Translations under genes and position numbers: made by a program
Source of the DNA: Squalus acanthias
Taxonomy: Eukaryota
Assembly: GCA_030390025.1 (NCBI GenBank)
Contig: CM059431.1
Location: 107,324,001-107,388,000, forward strand
Reading direction: 5' to 3'
Length of the DNA: 64,000 nucleotides
The notes under the pieces: model-generated
Database searches by the model: none
What the model was told of the DNA's origin: nothing
What the model saw: only the letters and a program-made list of their open reading frames with translations
Shown: one piece after another, positions 49,552-62,083 of the stretch
How the letters are laid out: the number at the start of each line of letters is the position of its first letter
Position numbering within the stretch: the first letter of the stretch is position 1

Positions 49552-50021
49552 GAAAGAAAGAAAGACTTGCATTTCTACAGCGCTTTTCATGAGCTCAGGA
49601 CGTCCCAAAGCGCTTTACAGCCAATGAAATACTTTTTGAAGTGGAGTCACTGTTGTAATGTGGGAAACGCGGCAGCCAATTTGCGTACAGCAAACTCCCA
49701 CAAACAGCAATGTGATAATGACCAGATCATCTGTTTTTGTTATGTTGGTTGAGGGATAAATATTGGCCAGGACACCGGGGATAACTCCCCTTCTCATCTT
49801 CGAAATAGTGCCGTGGGATCTTTTACGTCCACCTGAGAGAGCACACGGGGCCTCAGTTTAAAGTCTCATCTGAAAGACAGCACCTCCGACAGTGCAGCAC
49901 TCCCTCAGCACTGCACTGGAGTGTCGGCCTAGATTTGTGTGTTCAGGTCTCTGGAGTGGGACTCGAACCCACAACCTGCCAACTCAGAGGTGAGGATGCT
50001 ACCCACTGAGCCCCTGGCTGA
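49552..50021 (-). mobile_element. DeuSINE (SacSINE1-like), full length
   Basis: A-box GGCTCAGTGGG, B-box GGTTCGAGTCC, Deu core and (TTTC)n tail. Confidence 0.9.
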
Positions 50022-50124
50022 CAATGAACGGCAAATTACAATTATAGTTAATTCATGGAACATTGTGATGGAGAATGGGACCAACCACTGGAACTTAAAG
50101 CTCCTGTTGGTATGATTTCTGTTC

Positions 50125-50582
50125 CTAGAATCATACAGCACAGAAGGAGGCCATTTGGCCCATCGTGCCTGTGCCAGCTCTCTGAACGAGCTGCCAAAAT
50201 TAGTCCCACTCTCCTGTCCTTTTCCCATAACCCCTACAAATTTTTCCTTTTTAAGTGGATATCCAGTTCACTTTTGAAAGTTACTATTGAATCTGTTTCC
50301 ACCACCCTTTCAGGCAGTGTGTTCCAGATCATCATAACTTGCTGAGTAAAAAGAAATTCTCCCTTGGCTTTTTTGACAATTATTTTAAATCTGTGCCCTC
50401 TGGTTGCCGACCCTTCTTCCAGTGTTTCTCACTATCTACTCTATCAAAACCCCTCGTAATTTTGAACACCTAAATTGAATCTCCCCTTAACCTTCTCTGC
50501 TCTGAGGAGAACAAATCCAGCTTCTCTCGTCTCTCCATAACTGAAGTCCCTCCCATCTCTGGTACCATTCCAGTAAATCTGT
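50125..50582 (-). mobile_element. CR1 LINE 3' fragment
   Basis: 'EKLDLFSSEQRRLRGD' plus a 3' UTR like that of 33575-36135. Confidence 0.82.
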
Positions 50583-51564
50583 TATGGAGTATGTTCTCGA
50601 ACGAAGTGCTGTAAAGGAAATGGGGTTTTATTTCGGTGCTGTAGAGAGTGACAGCAGATTTATTTCTGTACTCACTCAGGTGGAGGGGGTTGAGGGGAGG
50701 AGGGAGGGGAGGAAATGGCATCTACTGCAGCACTCTAATGCTTGCAGCGGCCTAAAGCAGCAGAAACAATATGGAGCCTCCAGAAGAATCTTAGAGGAAT
50801 AAAGCTGTCACTGTGGATGAGTAGCCTCTGCACCAATTGCACTGTGGGCATTTAAATTTCCACCTCTCTTCGCAACATCGGACACCTGTTGAATGTTGCT
50901 GTTCCTAATGTCCAGCATTAATATCCAAGGTGATAATGGCAGATTATTGCCTTATTTAATTGGTCTTCCCATATTTGGGCACGTACTTCTGGCGTCCAGT
51001 AGAAGTGATACTGGAAAACTTGGCACATGCCAAAATGAGTGGGGATTTGACACAATGGATCTCTGACCAATTTCCCAACGTCAATCTGCCCCAGTAGCAC
51101 TAAACTACAGTGGAAAATCCAGCTGTACGGAAAACCTAGTGAAAATGCTGTGGGCGTGAGGTAAAGAGGCAAAATGGACAAGAGTGCGTGGCTAAGGAAG
51201 AGGACAGAAGATTGGGTACTGCGAAAGAGACGGTGTAAGGGAAGGATAAAGGAGGGAGAGAAAGGCATCTTGTGTGGATAGCGAAAAAGAAAGGGGTGCA
51301 GAAAGTGAGTGCATTAGATAGAAGTCAGGAAGAGAGGGATGAGGGAGGATGAGGGACACGGGGGAGAGTAGAGAAAGGACGACGGGCGGTGAAATGGCAA
51401 AGGAGGACGTGGTGACGAGAGATCAGATCGAGAATGTAGAGAAAAATAAAGTAAGGAAAGAGAATAGAAAGGGGACAGAAAACAAAGTGAGGCAATGTTG
51501 GGAAAATGCACAGATAAAAAATAGTTGGGAAGAATGAGTGAGATGGAGGGATTGGAGAAGAGTG

Positions 51565-52806
51565 GAAGATGATTTGGGGTAATATTCTGGCATGGGTGGA
51601 GGATTGGTTAACTAACAGGAAGCAGAGAGTTGGGATAAATGGTTCAGTCTCGGACTGGCAACCAGTAGCCAGTGGTGTTCCGCAGGGGTCGGTGCTGGGT
51701 CCCCAACTCTTTACAATCTATATTAACGATTTGGAGGAGGGGACCGAGTGTAACATATCAAAGTTTGCAGATGATACAAAGATGGGAGGGAAAGTAGAAA
51801 GTGAGGAGGACATAAAAAACCTACAAGGGGATATAGACAAGCTGGGTGAGTGGGCGGAGATTTGGCAGATGCAATACAATATTGGAAAATGTGAGGTTAT
51901 GCACTTTGGCAGGAAAAATCAGAGAGTAAGTTATTATCTTAATGGCGAGAAATTGGAAAGTACTGCAGTACAAAGGGATCTGGGGGTCCTAGTGCAAAAA
52001 AATCAAAAAGTTAGTATGCAGGTGCAGCAGGTGATCAAGAAGGCCAACGGAATGTTGGCTTTTATTGCTAGGGGGATAGATTATAAAAACAGGGAGGTAT
52101 TGCTGCAGTTATATAAGGTATTGGTGAGACCGCACCTGTAATACTGCATTCAGTTTTGGTGTCCATACTTAAGAAAAGACATACTTGCTCTCGAGGCAGT
52201 ACAAAGAAGGTTCACTCGGTTAATCTCGGGGATGAGGGGGTGGACATATGAGGAGAGGTTGAGTAGATTGGGACTCTACTCATTGGAGTTCAGAAGAGTG
52301 AGAGGCGATCTTATTGAAACATATAAGATTGTGAAGGGGCTTGATCGGGTGGATGCGGTAAGGATGTTCCCAAGGATGGGTGAAACTAGAACTAGGGGGC
52401 ATAATCTTAGAATAAGGGGCTGCTCTTTCAAAACTGAGATGAGGAGAAACTTCTTCACTCAGAGGGTAGTAGGTCTGTGGAATTTGCTGCCCCAGGAAGC
52501 TGTGGAAGCTACATCATTAAATAAATTTAAAACAGAAATAGACAGTTTCCTAGAAGTAAAGGGAATTAGGGGTTACGGGGAGCGGGCAGGAAATTGGACA
52601 TGAGGCTGAGTTCGGATCGGTCAAGGCCCTGTGGGTGGCGGAGCGGGCCCAGGGGCTGAGTGGCCGGGTCCTGCTCCTACTTCTTGTGTTCTTTAGATTT
52701 GAGGTGAGGATCAGATCAGCCATGATCTTATTGAATGGCGGAGCAGGCTCGAAGGGCCGATTGGCCTACTCCTGCTCCTATTTCTTATGTTCTTATGTTC
52801 TTATGT
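51565..52806 (+). mobile_element. CR1 LINE, 5'-truncated, with duplicated 3' UTR
   Basis: ORFs 51569..52141 and 52232..52603 are in one frame (RT core and C-terminus, with in-frame stops). (TTCTTATG)n tail. Confidence 0.95.
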
Positions 52807-53909
52807 GATGCAGATCACACACAAATTCAACGGAGACACAGATTAAAATACATTGAATGAGGGATGAACAGAAAGAGAATGAATTGATAAAATGTAATTA
52901 AGTTCAATAATTGTTTGTCCCATTCTGACTGGAAATAGATGTACTGAACTGGAATTGTTAAAAATAAAAGTACCTTTTACATTTCAAGCGATTAATCATG
53001 TTACTTGAAAAACACTCATTGCATTATGCCAGCAAAATACATTTGAGAAGCAGAAAATATTCCTGTAGATGATGTATGGTAATATTCCTGCAACACTTTG
53101 ATGGTTGAATTTGCTATAATTTATTGCAGACAGCCAAAAAAAATAAAAAGACAATAAACTCTCCTCTCCCTTACAAGATGAGAAGAAAGTTATTTCACTT
53201 TAATTCCTGTATTTTTCATGTCTTTGTCTCTGGGTTTAATCGTGTGGCAAAATTCAGTCTTGTGTCTGAGTGAATATTTTGCTTGTTACTTCAAACATTT
53301 GTGTTTTCCCTTCAATGGAAGGCAGTCCTCCTTTTTGTTTTGTTTCTCTTTGACTTCCCTTAAGCACCCTTCTGAATGGAGATTTCACTGTTTTTCTCCA
53401 TTTTCATATATATGTTAATATTTAACATCTTTACTGTTTTCCTTCAGTAGTACGACTTTATTTTTTAATAACATTCCTGTCATTGTAGTTCTTGTCTTTT
53501 GGGATAGTCATGTAACCAATGAGTTCTGTTTCTTTTTCCTCTTTTCTTATTCTTTTTAACTCTTAAGATAACATTTAATTGTATGCCAGTGATGTACTGT
53601 TGTATATCTCCCTTCCTGATATCATGTAGTAATCTGTTGGGGAATAAGAACAATTATATCAAGATAGAACTCCCTCTCCTGTACCGTTCAGGTTTTAAGA
53701 TTTCCTGATTTCCTTTCTATTTTGATGGAATGAAATTGGCTTTAATCCTTCAGTTGTCAATGACAAGGTAGCTTGTTCCACTGCAGCCAATTTGCTGTGC
53801 TGTTGCTAAGTTTTATCATTAAGCACTTGTAATACCCAGTGTTGGCCAAAAGAAATAAAACATGGTTTTCATGCTCTGTCTCCATCTGCTGCAGCACCTA
53901 TGTTTGCCA

Positions 53910-54150
53910 TATCACCCATCGTAACACCGCCCGTCTCCGCCCCTGCCTAATCTCATCTATTGCTGAAACCCTCACCATGCCTTTGTTACCTCTAGACTCG
54001 ATTATTCCAATTCTCTCCTGGCTGGCATCCCACCTGGCACCCTCTGTAAACTTGAGCTGATCCAAAACTCTGCTGCCCTCATCCTAACTCACACCAAGTC
54101 CCGATCAGTGATCACCCCTTTGCTCGCTGACCTGCATTGGCTCCCGGTCT
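53910..54150 (+). mobile_element. L2 LINE fragment
   Basis: Matches the 'NIARLRPCLSSSAAETL...SRLDYSN' segment. Confidence 0.75.
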
Positions 54151-54365
54151 ATCAATTTGAGTGAGGTTAGCTTGTCAATCTCTCAAATCTGGGCATTTGA
54201 TCAGCTGAGAAACTAGCTTCTGGTCACTGCTCAGTTCAGTTGTTCAGGCAGTGACTAGGTTTATTGCATCAATGCACTATTAATGTTTGTGAGGCTGATT
54301 GTACAGGTCACCGACGAGTTTACATAACTCTTTGTTCTGATGAAATGTCAATGACTTGAAACGTT

Positions 54366-55575
54366 GGGCTGGATTTTACCAACCTCGGCGGGTCCGTGGC
54401 AGGCGACGTCGGTGGCGGGTCCCGGCCTCACTGCTGGCTCCAGCCAGCTGTTGAAAATAATTTTCCCCTGAATGGGCTTGTTAAGACCGCCCACAGTGTT
54501 TGCCGGCCAATTGAAGGAAGCGGGTCCGATGATGTCATTCGATGACGCGTCATCAACCGGTTTCCTCAAAGGGAACATGCCCAAATTTATTTTGGCATTT
54601 GTGCTGTCAGTGTTCTACAGCATTGAGGTGTTGCCAACACTGACAAGCACTGTACAGAGGTGCAGGGCTGCACCCAGGCTCTCCCATGACTCCCTCCATA
54701 TGCTTATAGAGGGAGTCACAGCACGTAAGGCGGTTCGCTTCCCTTCCAATGGACGGAAGAGACCTCCCCAGGAGATCAACGCAGCCTGGTTGCACATTGC
54801 ACAGGAGGACACAAGCAAGGATGCCATAAGGAGGACCAGGCTGCAGTGCAACAAACCTTTCAATTATCTCATTAGATCAAATTGCACCCATTTTGAGAAG
54901 TGATTTTTTTCCTCTCGAGTTTCTGCTCAAACTCATTTGCATATTACCGTACACAAAATCTGCCATGATCCAGCGCAAACAGGTAACTTGTTAAAATGAT
55001 TTTTTTTTAAATTAAGATTGCTTTAAAAAATATTCCTCGATATATTTAAGCGTGGTAACTTGGTGCAGTTTTATTAATACAGCTGAAAATGGGTTTATCC
55101 CAAAAAATAAGCATTTTAAATCACGGTGCCAATCCACCACCTGTGAGTAACCCGATTTTATATGACTGAAAATGACTTAAAAAAAATATACAGAACCATT
55201 TTCTAGTTACATTGGTGTACAATAGTCAGTTTCTTAGTAAATTAAAAGAAAATTATATTCAAAACCTTTTACATCGTGCCTATTAGAGTCCTTGCGCCCA
55301 GAAGAACCAGCTCAATTTTTGGCGCCTTCTCGAAGGCCCACAAACGAGCGCAATTAGCGGAAACTCCCAATGGTGATTAATTCACCCGGGGGGCGGGGGG
55401 GGGGGGGTGACCAGTTTTGTGGGCGGGGCCAGCTTCTGGCGAGAAGTTTTTAAAACTAGCGCAAAAGATCGCGGAAACTCGACTTGCGGTGAAGGCAGTC
55501 TGGCCTTAAAATTCTGCGATCTTTTGCGTGGGATGCGCTGAAGAAACCAGCGCAACCGAGCGGAAACTCTACCCC
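54366..55575 (+). mobile_element. Harbinger left end with Myb exon, joined to an AT-rich MITE-like right end
   Basis: Starts GGGCTGGATTTT. ORF 54472..54903 includes 'AAPRLSHDSLHMLIEGV...AAWLHIAQE...RRTRLQCNKPFNYL' (Myb/SANT). Ends GGAAACTCTACCCC. TIRs are only partly matched. Confidence 0.75.
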
Positions 55576-55675
55576 AATATAATTGGTGAGTGGCATATTG
55601 GCAGATCTCGCAGTGTTAACGGAGATGCGGAGAGGAAAGTGGTGCCAGGACTAAAGAGGTCAGAAGACTAGCTAC

Positions 55676-56122
55676 GCGTGTCAGCAGTGGCTCCGTGTCA
55701 GCGCTTTCACTTCTCCGAGTCAGAAGGTTGTGGGTTCATAGACCCACTCCAGGGATATGAACACATAATCCAAGCAGTATAGAGCAAGTGCTGCATTTGT
55801 CGGAGGTGCCGTCTTTCATATGAGCCGTTAAGCCAAGGCTAACCTTCCCTCTCAGGTGGGCGTAAAAGGTCCCGTGGCACTATTTGAAGAAGAGAAGGGG
55901 AATTGTCCTCGGTGTCCTGGCCAACATTAAGCCCTGAACCAACATCACTAAAACAGGTTATCTGTTCTTTTATCTCATTAATGCTCATGGGAGCTTGCTG
56001 TGCGCAAATTGGCTGCCGTGTTTGCTACATTACAACAGCGACTCCACTTCATTGGCTGTAAAGCATTTGGGACGTCCTCAGATCATGAAAGGCGCTGTAT
56101 AAATGCAGTTTCTTTCTTTCTT
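55676..56122 (+). mobile_element. DeuSINE (SacSINE1-like), diverged
   Basis: tRNA-like head, Deu core (GGAGGTGCCGTCTTTC...GTAAAAGGTCCCGTGGCACTATTTG) and (TTTC)n tail. Confidence 0.82.
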
Positions 56123-56322
56123 CTAGCAATTAAAAACAGAGCATAAGTCTGACTGAGAAAGAACCATTAGGAGTGGGCGTGAGAAATAATGCGAGAGTGG
56201 GAGTGCGACTAAAAGAAACAAATACTGGGAGTGGAATTGAAAAATAAACAGCAAAGATGTAATTAAAAAGAGAAGCACAGGAGTGATACTTAAAATGTAC
56301 AGAATGTACTGGGAGAGAAACA

Positions 56323-56522
56323 GGGGCTGGATTTTCCCGGGTCCCACACGCATGGTGCGGCAGGACATGGGAGACAATGGGAAACCCGGAAAGTCGGGCT
56401 GGCTTCCATTCGTACGGGGAACTCGGGTTGCTGCCGCACTGGCAAATGCGCCCGAGGGAAATGCGTGTGGAGGTGGGATGATGGCGGGTTCCCGACCCGC
56501 TCCAACTTTAACGGGTGGGGTG
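56323..56522. mobile_element. Harbinger-type terminal fragment
   Basis: Starts GGGGCTGGATTTTCC and has CpG-rich CGGGT/ACCCG motifs. No partner TIR found. Confidence 0.55.
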
Positions 56523-56699
56523 GAGTGTATATATTGTGATGCATAATGTATCACAAATTGTGTGGAATAGGCTGGATGGGCCAGAGAGTCTTTTCCTGTC
56601 CACCATTGTACTTATGCTTAGCTGAATGTTGCCTCTTCTATGAATCACCATCTCATCCCCTCTCTGCGTCAGCTCCTTTCTTCCAGGAAGTTAATCTCA

Positions 56700-58614
56700 A
56701 AGGAAGAAAAATTCGTCCCCTTAGTGCCTCCCATTAGCGCCAGCAGACCAGTATCGCCGGGGCGAGGCGAATCCAGCGCCGCATGCCAAATCTAGCCCAC
56801 CCGTAGCACCGCCGGTAAGAGGTATCGCCAGGAATATCAATGCCAGGTAGATGGTGACGTCAGTGAGTGTGCAACGCTCACTTACTGCCTGATTTGTAAA
56901 ATTGATTCTCGCCACTTACCTCACCGCCTGAAGTAAACACCAACAGGGAGAGCTAGTGTGCAGCTCCACGAAGCTGGCTCCAGGGACGTTATTTAAAGGG
57001 ATCATTAGTAATCACTCGCAGCTGTCAGTTTCAGTGTTTTTTTTATTACTTTCACCCACTGCAACAGTTTCATTCAGTACTTTCAAGGTTCTTTTGTATC
57101 AAGAGTCTTCTGGCAACTAAAAATTAGCTACATTTATTCTTCAAAGATTCAAACTGCTGCACTTGGTAACATTAATGGGGCTGTACTGGTAAGTGTGGGT
57201 CCCGTTTGAGTGAGGAGCATGTGTGTGGGGAGCGTGTGTGTGGGGAGCATGTGTTTGGCTGTGTGTGTGTGTGTATGACACACAAACACACCCCACACAC
57301 ATACCCATAGACACACACATCCCACAGACGCACGTGCACCTCACACACCCAACCCACACACGTACCACACACCTGCACACCCCACACATGCACCCCACAC
57401 ACGTACCCACACACCCCATACACGTACCACACACCTGCACACCCCACACATGCACTCCACACACATACCCACACAGCACATACCCACACAGCCCACACAC
57501 GTACCCCACACCCGCACACCCCACACACATACCACACACCTGCACACCCCACACATGCACCCCACACACGTACCCACACACCCCATACACGTACCACACA
57601 CCTGCACACCCCACACATGCACTCCACACACATACCCACACAGCACATACCCACACAGCCCACACACGTACCCCACACCCGCACACCCCACACACATACC
57701 ACACACCTGCACACCCACACACGCACCCAACACATGTACCCCACACCCACACATCCCACACACGTACCCACACACGTACCCACACACCCCATTACATGTA
57801 CCCCACTCCCGCACACCCCACACACGCACCCACACACGTACCCACACACCCCATACATGTACCCTACACCTGCACACCCCACACATGCACCCCACACACG
57901 TACCCATACACCCCACACACCCCACACACGGATCCACACACCTGCACCCATTGGTTTATTGACTGACAAATCCTTACTAGCTTCCTGCTATTGTAGCACC
58001 ACCTGAGATCCGGAGGCCATTGAGTATTTGCACTTCTTGTTTTTCATTTCCTATTTTAATGAGCGTTTCTGCCTTAAAGTTGTAGCCTTGACCTTGGTCT
58101 CTTCATTCTAAATTAAAGAATTTTTATCGCTCGAAAACAGGCAGCAAGCGGCTCCAGGCTCGGCCACGTGCTTTGGCAAGCCCCACTTCCAGTTTCCTCA
58201 TGCCTCATACTGCGAATATGCAACCGATCGAGTGCATGTGCACAGTACCAAAACGGTCTTCAGGCTCCCCAGACTTTCTTCAGGCACCCCAAACGGGGGT
58301 CCATGCGCAGAAGGACGCTGAAAACCTTGCAAATAATCACCCCGTATGTTGTAATGACAACCTCCCACTAGTGGTGGTGCACTAGTTTCCATTATAAATG
58401 TGGACGTAGGAACTTTCAATGGAAAAACATGCGTTGGAAGATTTTTTTATTCATATTATAGTGTCTGTTTGGAACACGAGACTTTCTCTTTGCTATTTCT
58501 ACAGAAATGTAAAAGCATTTAAAAGAAACTGTTTCTATGATTTTGTGAAGAGATAGCGATCAGAGACTGTGTTTTACGATGTTAATAGACACCAACCGGA
58601 GCAAATCTTCCCCC
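56700..58614. mobile_element. Possible old Harbinger-type element enclosing a CA-rich array
   Basis: Degenerate ends GGAAGAAAATTCGTCCCC / GGAGCAAATCTTCCCCC. AGCGCC motifs and a TGACGTCA + TATTTAAAG cassette near the left end. Confidence 0.4.
57216..57950. repeat. Complex CA-rich minisatellite with a 167-bp higher-order duplication
   Basis: CACAC/CCCAC/CGTAC units. An identical block recurs 167 bp apart (ORFs at 57450 and 57617 start identically). Confidence 0.92.
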
Positions 58615-58630
58615 ATGGTTTCTAATTATA

Positions 58631-59331
58631 GGGCCGGAATTTGCAACGGGTAATAACACGTTTGCTGTTATTACCCTTTTGAAACTGACCGCAACTTCAG
58701 GATGTGGCGTATTCCCCGCCCACAACCACCACCCCCCCACGCCCCCCATAGCCGGAAATCAGGGAAATCAGTAAAACTGGCGAAAACTTGGGCTTTTCTG
58801 CGGTAACATTGCTGTAAATAGCCCATTAAAAGTTAGACCTTGCTGGATTAGGTGTAACTGGGGTTTTAACAGCGTATTGACTGCTAAACAAATGTTATGG
58901 CCCTGAAAAACTAATTTTAATTTTATGGAGTGTCAAATTTCTCCATTATAATAAAAATTAAAATTTATAAGAAACTTTAAAAACATTTTTTTAATTTTTT
59001 TTAAAGTTTGTTTATTTTTATTTCAGGTTTACCTTTTCCCCATGTGAAAGCCCCAATCTTTGTTTTGCTCTCTCTAACATTTTTAAAAAGTCAGAATAAA
59101 AGGAGCTTCTTCACTTCCTGGTTCCCAGTCTGTGAGAATTCTGCAATGTGATTGGCTGCTTAGAAAGGTTGTTGATGTCACAACAGCTCGCGCTATGGAA
59201 TTCCCACTGAACTATGTTGATCTCAACTGCACGTCGGAAAAGCCAAACTTCTCGCGAGATCTTTGTGGGCAGCTTTCTTCGGGACCAGCGGCGAACGCCT
59301 TTGATTCGCCGCTGACTGCAAATTACGGACC
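58631..59331. mobile_element. PIF/Harbinger-type MITE with AT-rich core
   Basis: TIRs GGGCCGGAATTTGCA ... TGCAAATTACGGACC. ATA/ATT flanks. Confidence 0.8.
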
Positions 59332-59989
59332 ATTATTTACATAAATAGAACCTGTGTCAGATAGCCGATGGATACAATATTTACCCAATAAAGTCATATT
59401 GTACTCATGGCCTTGCTGCTCAATTGTTCTTTAAATAATATATTCAGTAGGTAACCAACATGCATCCTCCAGTATAACAGAAACATCACAGCAAGCTAAT
59501 GGTTAGTGTCATGCCGGAATCTATAACTTGTTGCACTTTGCGGAAGAGCTCAGTTTTTTTTCTTGCAGTCTGTGCGCGTTCAGGTAATAAGGTAGTCAAA
59601 CAGTAGCTGGCATTTGGGTTGCCAGATGACTCCAATCTTAACTGTACAGCAGGTGGGTAATGAACACAACTAATGTTGCTCACTGCCACAGAAAGCAAAT
59701 ATTAAGTGAAAGAAATTAAATCTGAACACCGTTGAAATAGTTGCGACGGTGACATGTGAATGGATTTAGTGTTGTACTTGTCCTCTCCATTCTGATTGGT
59801 TGAAGTGAGTGTGTTATTACTGTTGGAGATAAGTTCCCAAATTACACGAAAGGTAATTATACATACACCAAATCGTATCTTTCTCAATCTCCTGCAGGAG
59901 AAGATATAATCTTCTTTCGTATAGTACCAGTTCCATGATGCCATATATCTTCAGAATTTACGGCATTATTCTTCTTCTTACTCTTTAGG

Positions 59990-60290
59990 ACTTTAAGGTT
60001 ATGAAAGGGTTTGATAGGATAGACGTAGAAAAGATGCTTCCATTTGTGGTACTAGGGGGTCATAAGTATAAGATAGTCACTAATAAATCTAATAGGGAAT
60101 TCAGGAGAAGCCTCTTTACCCAGAGAGTGGAACTTGCTACCACAAGGAGTAGTTGAGGCGAATAGAATGGATGATTACACAGATTGGTTAGATGAAGAGG
60201 GGTGGGAGGAGGCTCGGGTGGAGCATAAACATCAGCATGGAGCAGTTGGGATGAGTGGCCTGTTTCCGAGCTGTATATTCCATGTAATTC
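59990..60290 (+). mobile_element. CR1 LINE 3' fragment (degraded)
   Basis: Matches 27340-27690, with deletions. Confidence 0.78.
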
Positions 60291-62083
60291 TTTCACTATT
60301 TTCCAAGCTCTTTCTGTGGCACCTCAATACCATTTGCCACATCTAACTGTCCAAAAGTAATATTTTTTTTTTTATAAAGCTACGCACTACATTAAAAGGA
60401 ATAATAAATAGGTGACAGTTAGCATGAGTCAGTACTTCAGTCTCTGGATCCTACTCACACATGAGCTAGTCTTGTTGTTTATCAACAGAGCCAGTCAATT
60501 GAATTGCTGTTTGCAACTCCCTGCCAGTGACCGTATTGTGTTTATAAGGCGCATTGTATAGTTTCAGTGAGTTAACATGTGTCAGATAACAAGTCACAGT
60601 GAAATACTTATACGCATGGTGAATGAGTAGTCAAAAGGTATAGTAAGTGAATGCACAATGTGATAAGGAGTGTATCCTACTCCTGGCAGTGATGGATAAC
60701 TAGCTCACACATTTGTCTCTGAATATAAGGTAAGGTGACTCGGAGGATACATTTCATAACCCCTGGGAACCCATTATGTATCTACAAGTATCTGAACGTT
60801 AGCTTAAGTATGTCTGCCCTATTTGAACAGCAGATACTCCATGTAATTACACGCCAGCACCAGTGACTATGCTACAGAGATATGATTTTAAAGAGATGTT
60901 GCTTTCTCCTTTCCTGCTCACATGCCATAAACTACCCAGCAAATCTAAGTGCGTGACCACTGTTGACAAGTAGTAGCAGCCACAGGAAAACAAATCCACA
61001 GCGATCCCAGAAAGCCATCATTCCTGGTTCGGAGTGACAGGTAGCTCAGGTGCTTCTCAGTTATGTCAAATTTAAATATTTTCCCACATCTCACCATTTA
61101 ATTAATTAACAGAGGATACTTCCATTAGTGAAGGAGCCCGTGTATATTTACTCATCGGTGATAGAGACCTCCTTGGTAAGTAGAATACACAAGGCATTCA
61201 ACAATTTCAGCATTTAATTTATATGATGTATGTGTTTGACTTTTATCTGGTAAAGCTATGAATTAAGTACATTTACAAATGGAAGTGGGGCGGAGTGTTG
61301 TTCTGTTGTGAAATGAAGTGTACGCTGTATTTGTATCCAAACATCTTAGTGATATTTGTGTCACAGGTGCATTTGAAATGTTTCATTACTTGCTTATTTT
61401 GCAGCATGTTCTGAGTGATTGGGGGTGATTGAATCTCTCTCATTCATATGCATCTGTATATTGGAGGGAGAATACAAAAAATGAGAACAGCAGAGAAAAG
61501 ATTAAGGTAAAGGAGAGATATCCTGGATAGGCAGTACCATCATTCAACTAAGGAAGGGAGGTCTGTACAAATACTTTTGCATTTAGACATGCTATTTAAA
61601 CAGAAGGGTGGTGCAAAAACCTGTGCCCTGCAGTCTCAGCAGCATGGGATGGGGGTATGGCCAGGGGAGGAGGCTCCCAGGCTGTTGGGACATCAGCAAG
61701 CCACAACGCAACACAAGTGAAAGAAGACATACTAGCCTACCTACTTGTGGATGTGGGGCTCACCTAGAGGTACAGGCCTGGGAGGTGCAACGAACCCTTA
61801 AAGATAGAAAAAAAAATTGTATGTTGGGCATTCTTGGTCTGTGTAACATAGGACCATACCATGCAGTGTGTTTACTGACTGGTCCATCAGGAGCAAATGT
61901 TGGTGTTTTAACAGTGAAATATGCAACAGCCTACTGGATACCTGCCATTAAAATACTAGGCAAGAATCTTAGGAAACTCTGCAATTTTTATCTATTTGGT
62001 CTGGAAGGAATTTTTTGGTTTCATTTCTGATATAAATTCAAGTTCAAGTTACAAGGTTCTGTTAATTCACAAAATTCCAATAT

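Noticed and set aside
49940..50021. tRNA genes at the SINE heads (also near 10430-10506, 12448-12530, 15050-15125, 55676-55755)
   Set aside because: The A/B boxes are followed by Deu-domain bodies and tails, so these are SINEs rather than tRNAs.
57141..58006. Long Cys/Val/Gly- or His/Thr/Pro-rich ORFs (keratin-associated or extensin-like)
   Set aside because: Low-complexity CA repeat that is open in several frames on both strands.
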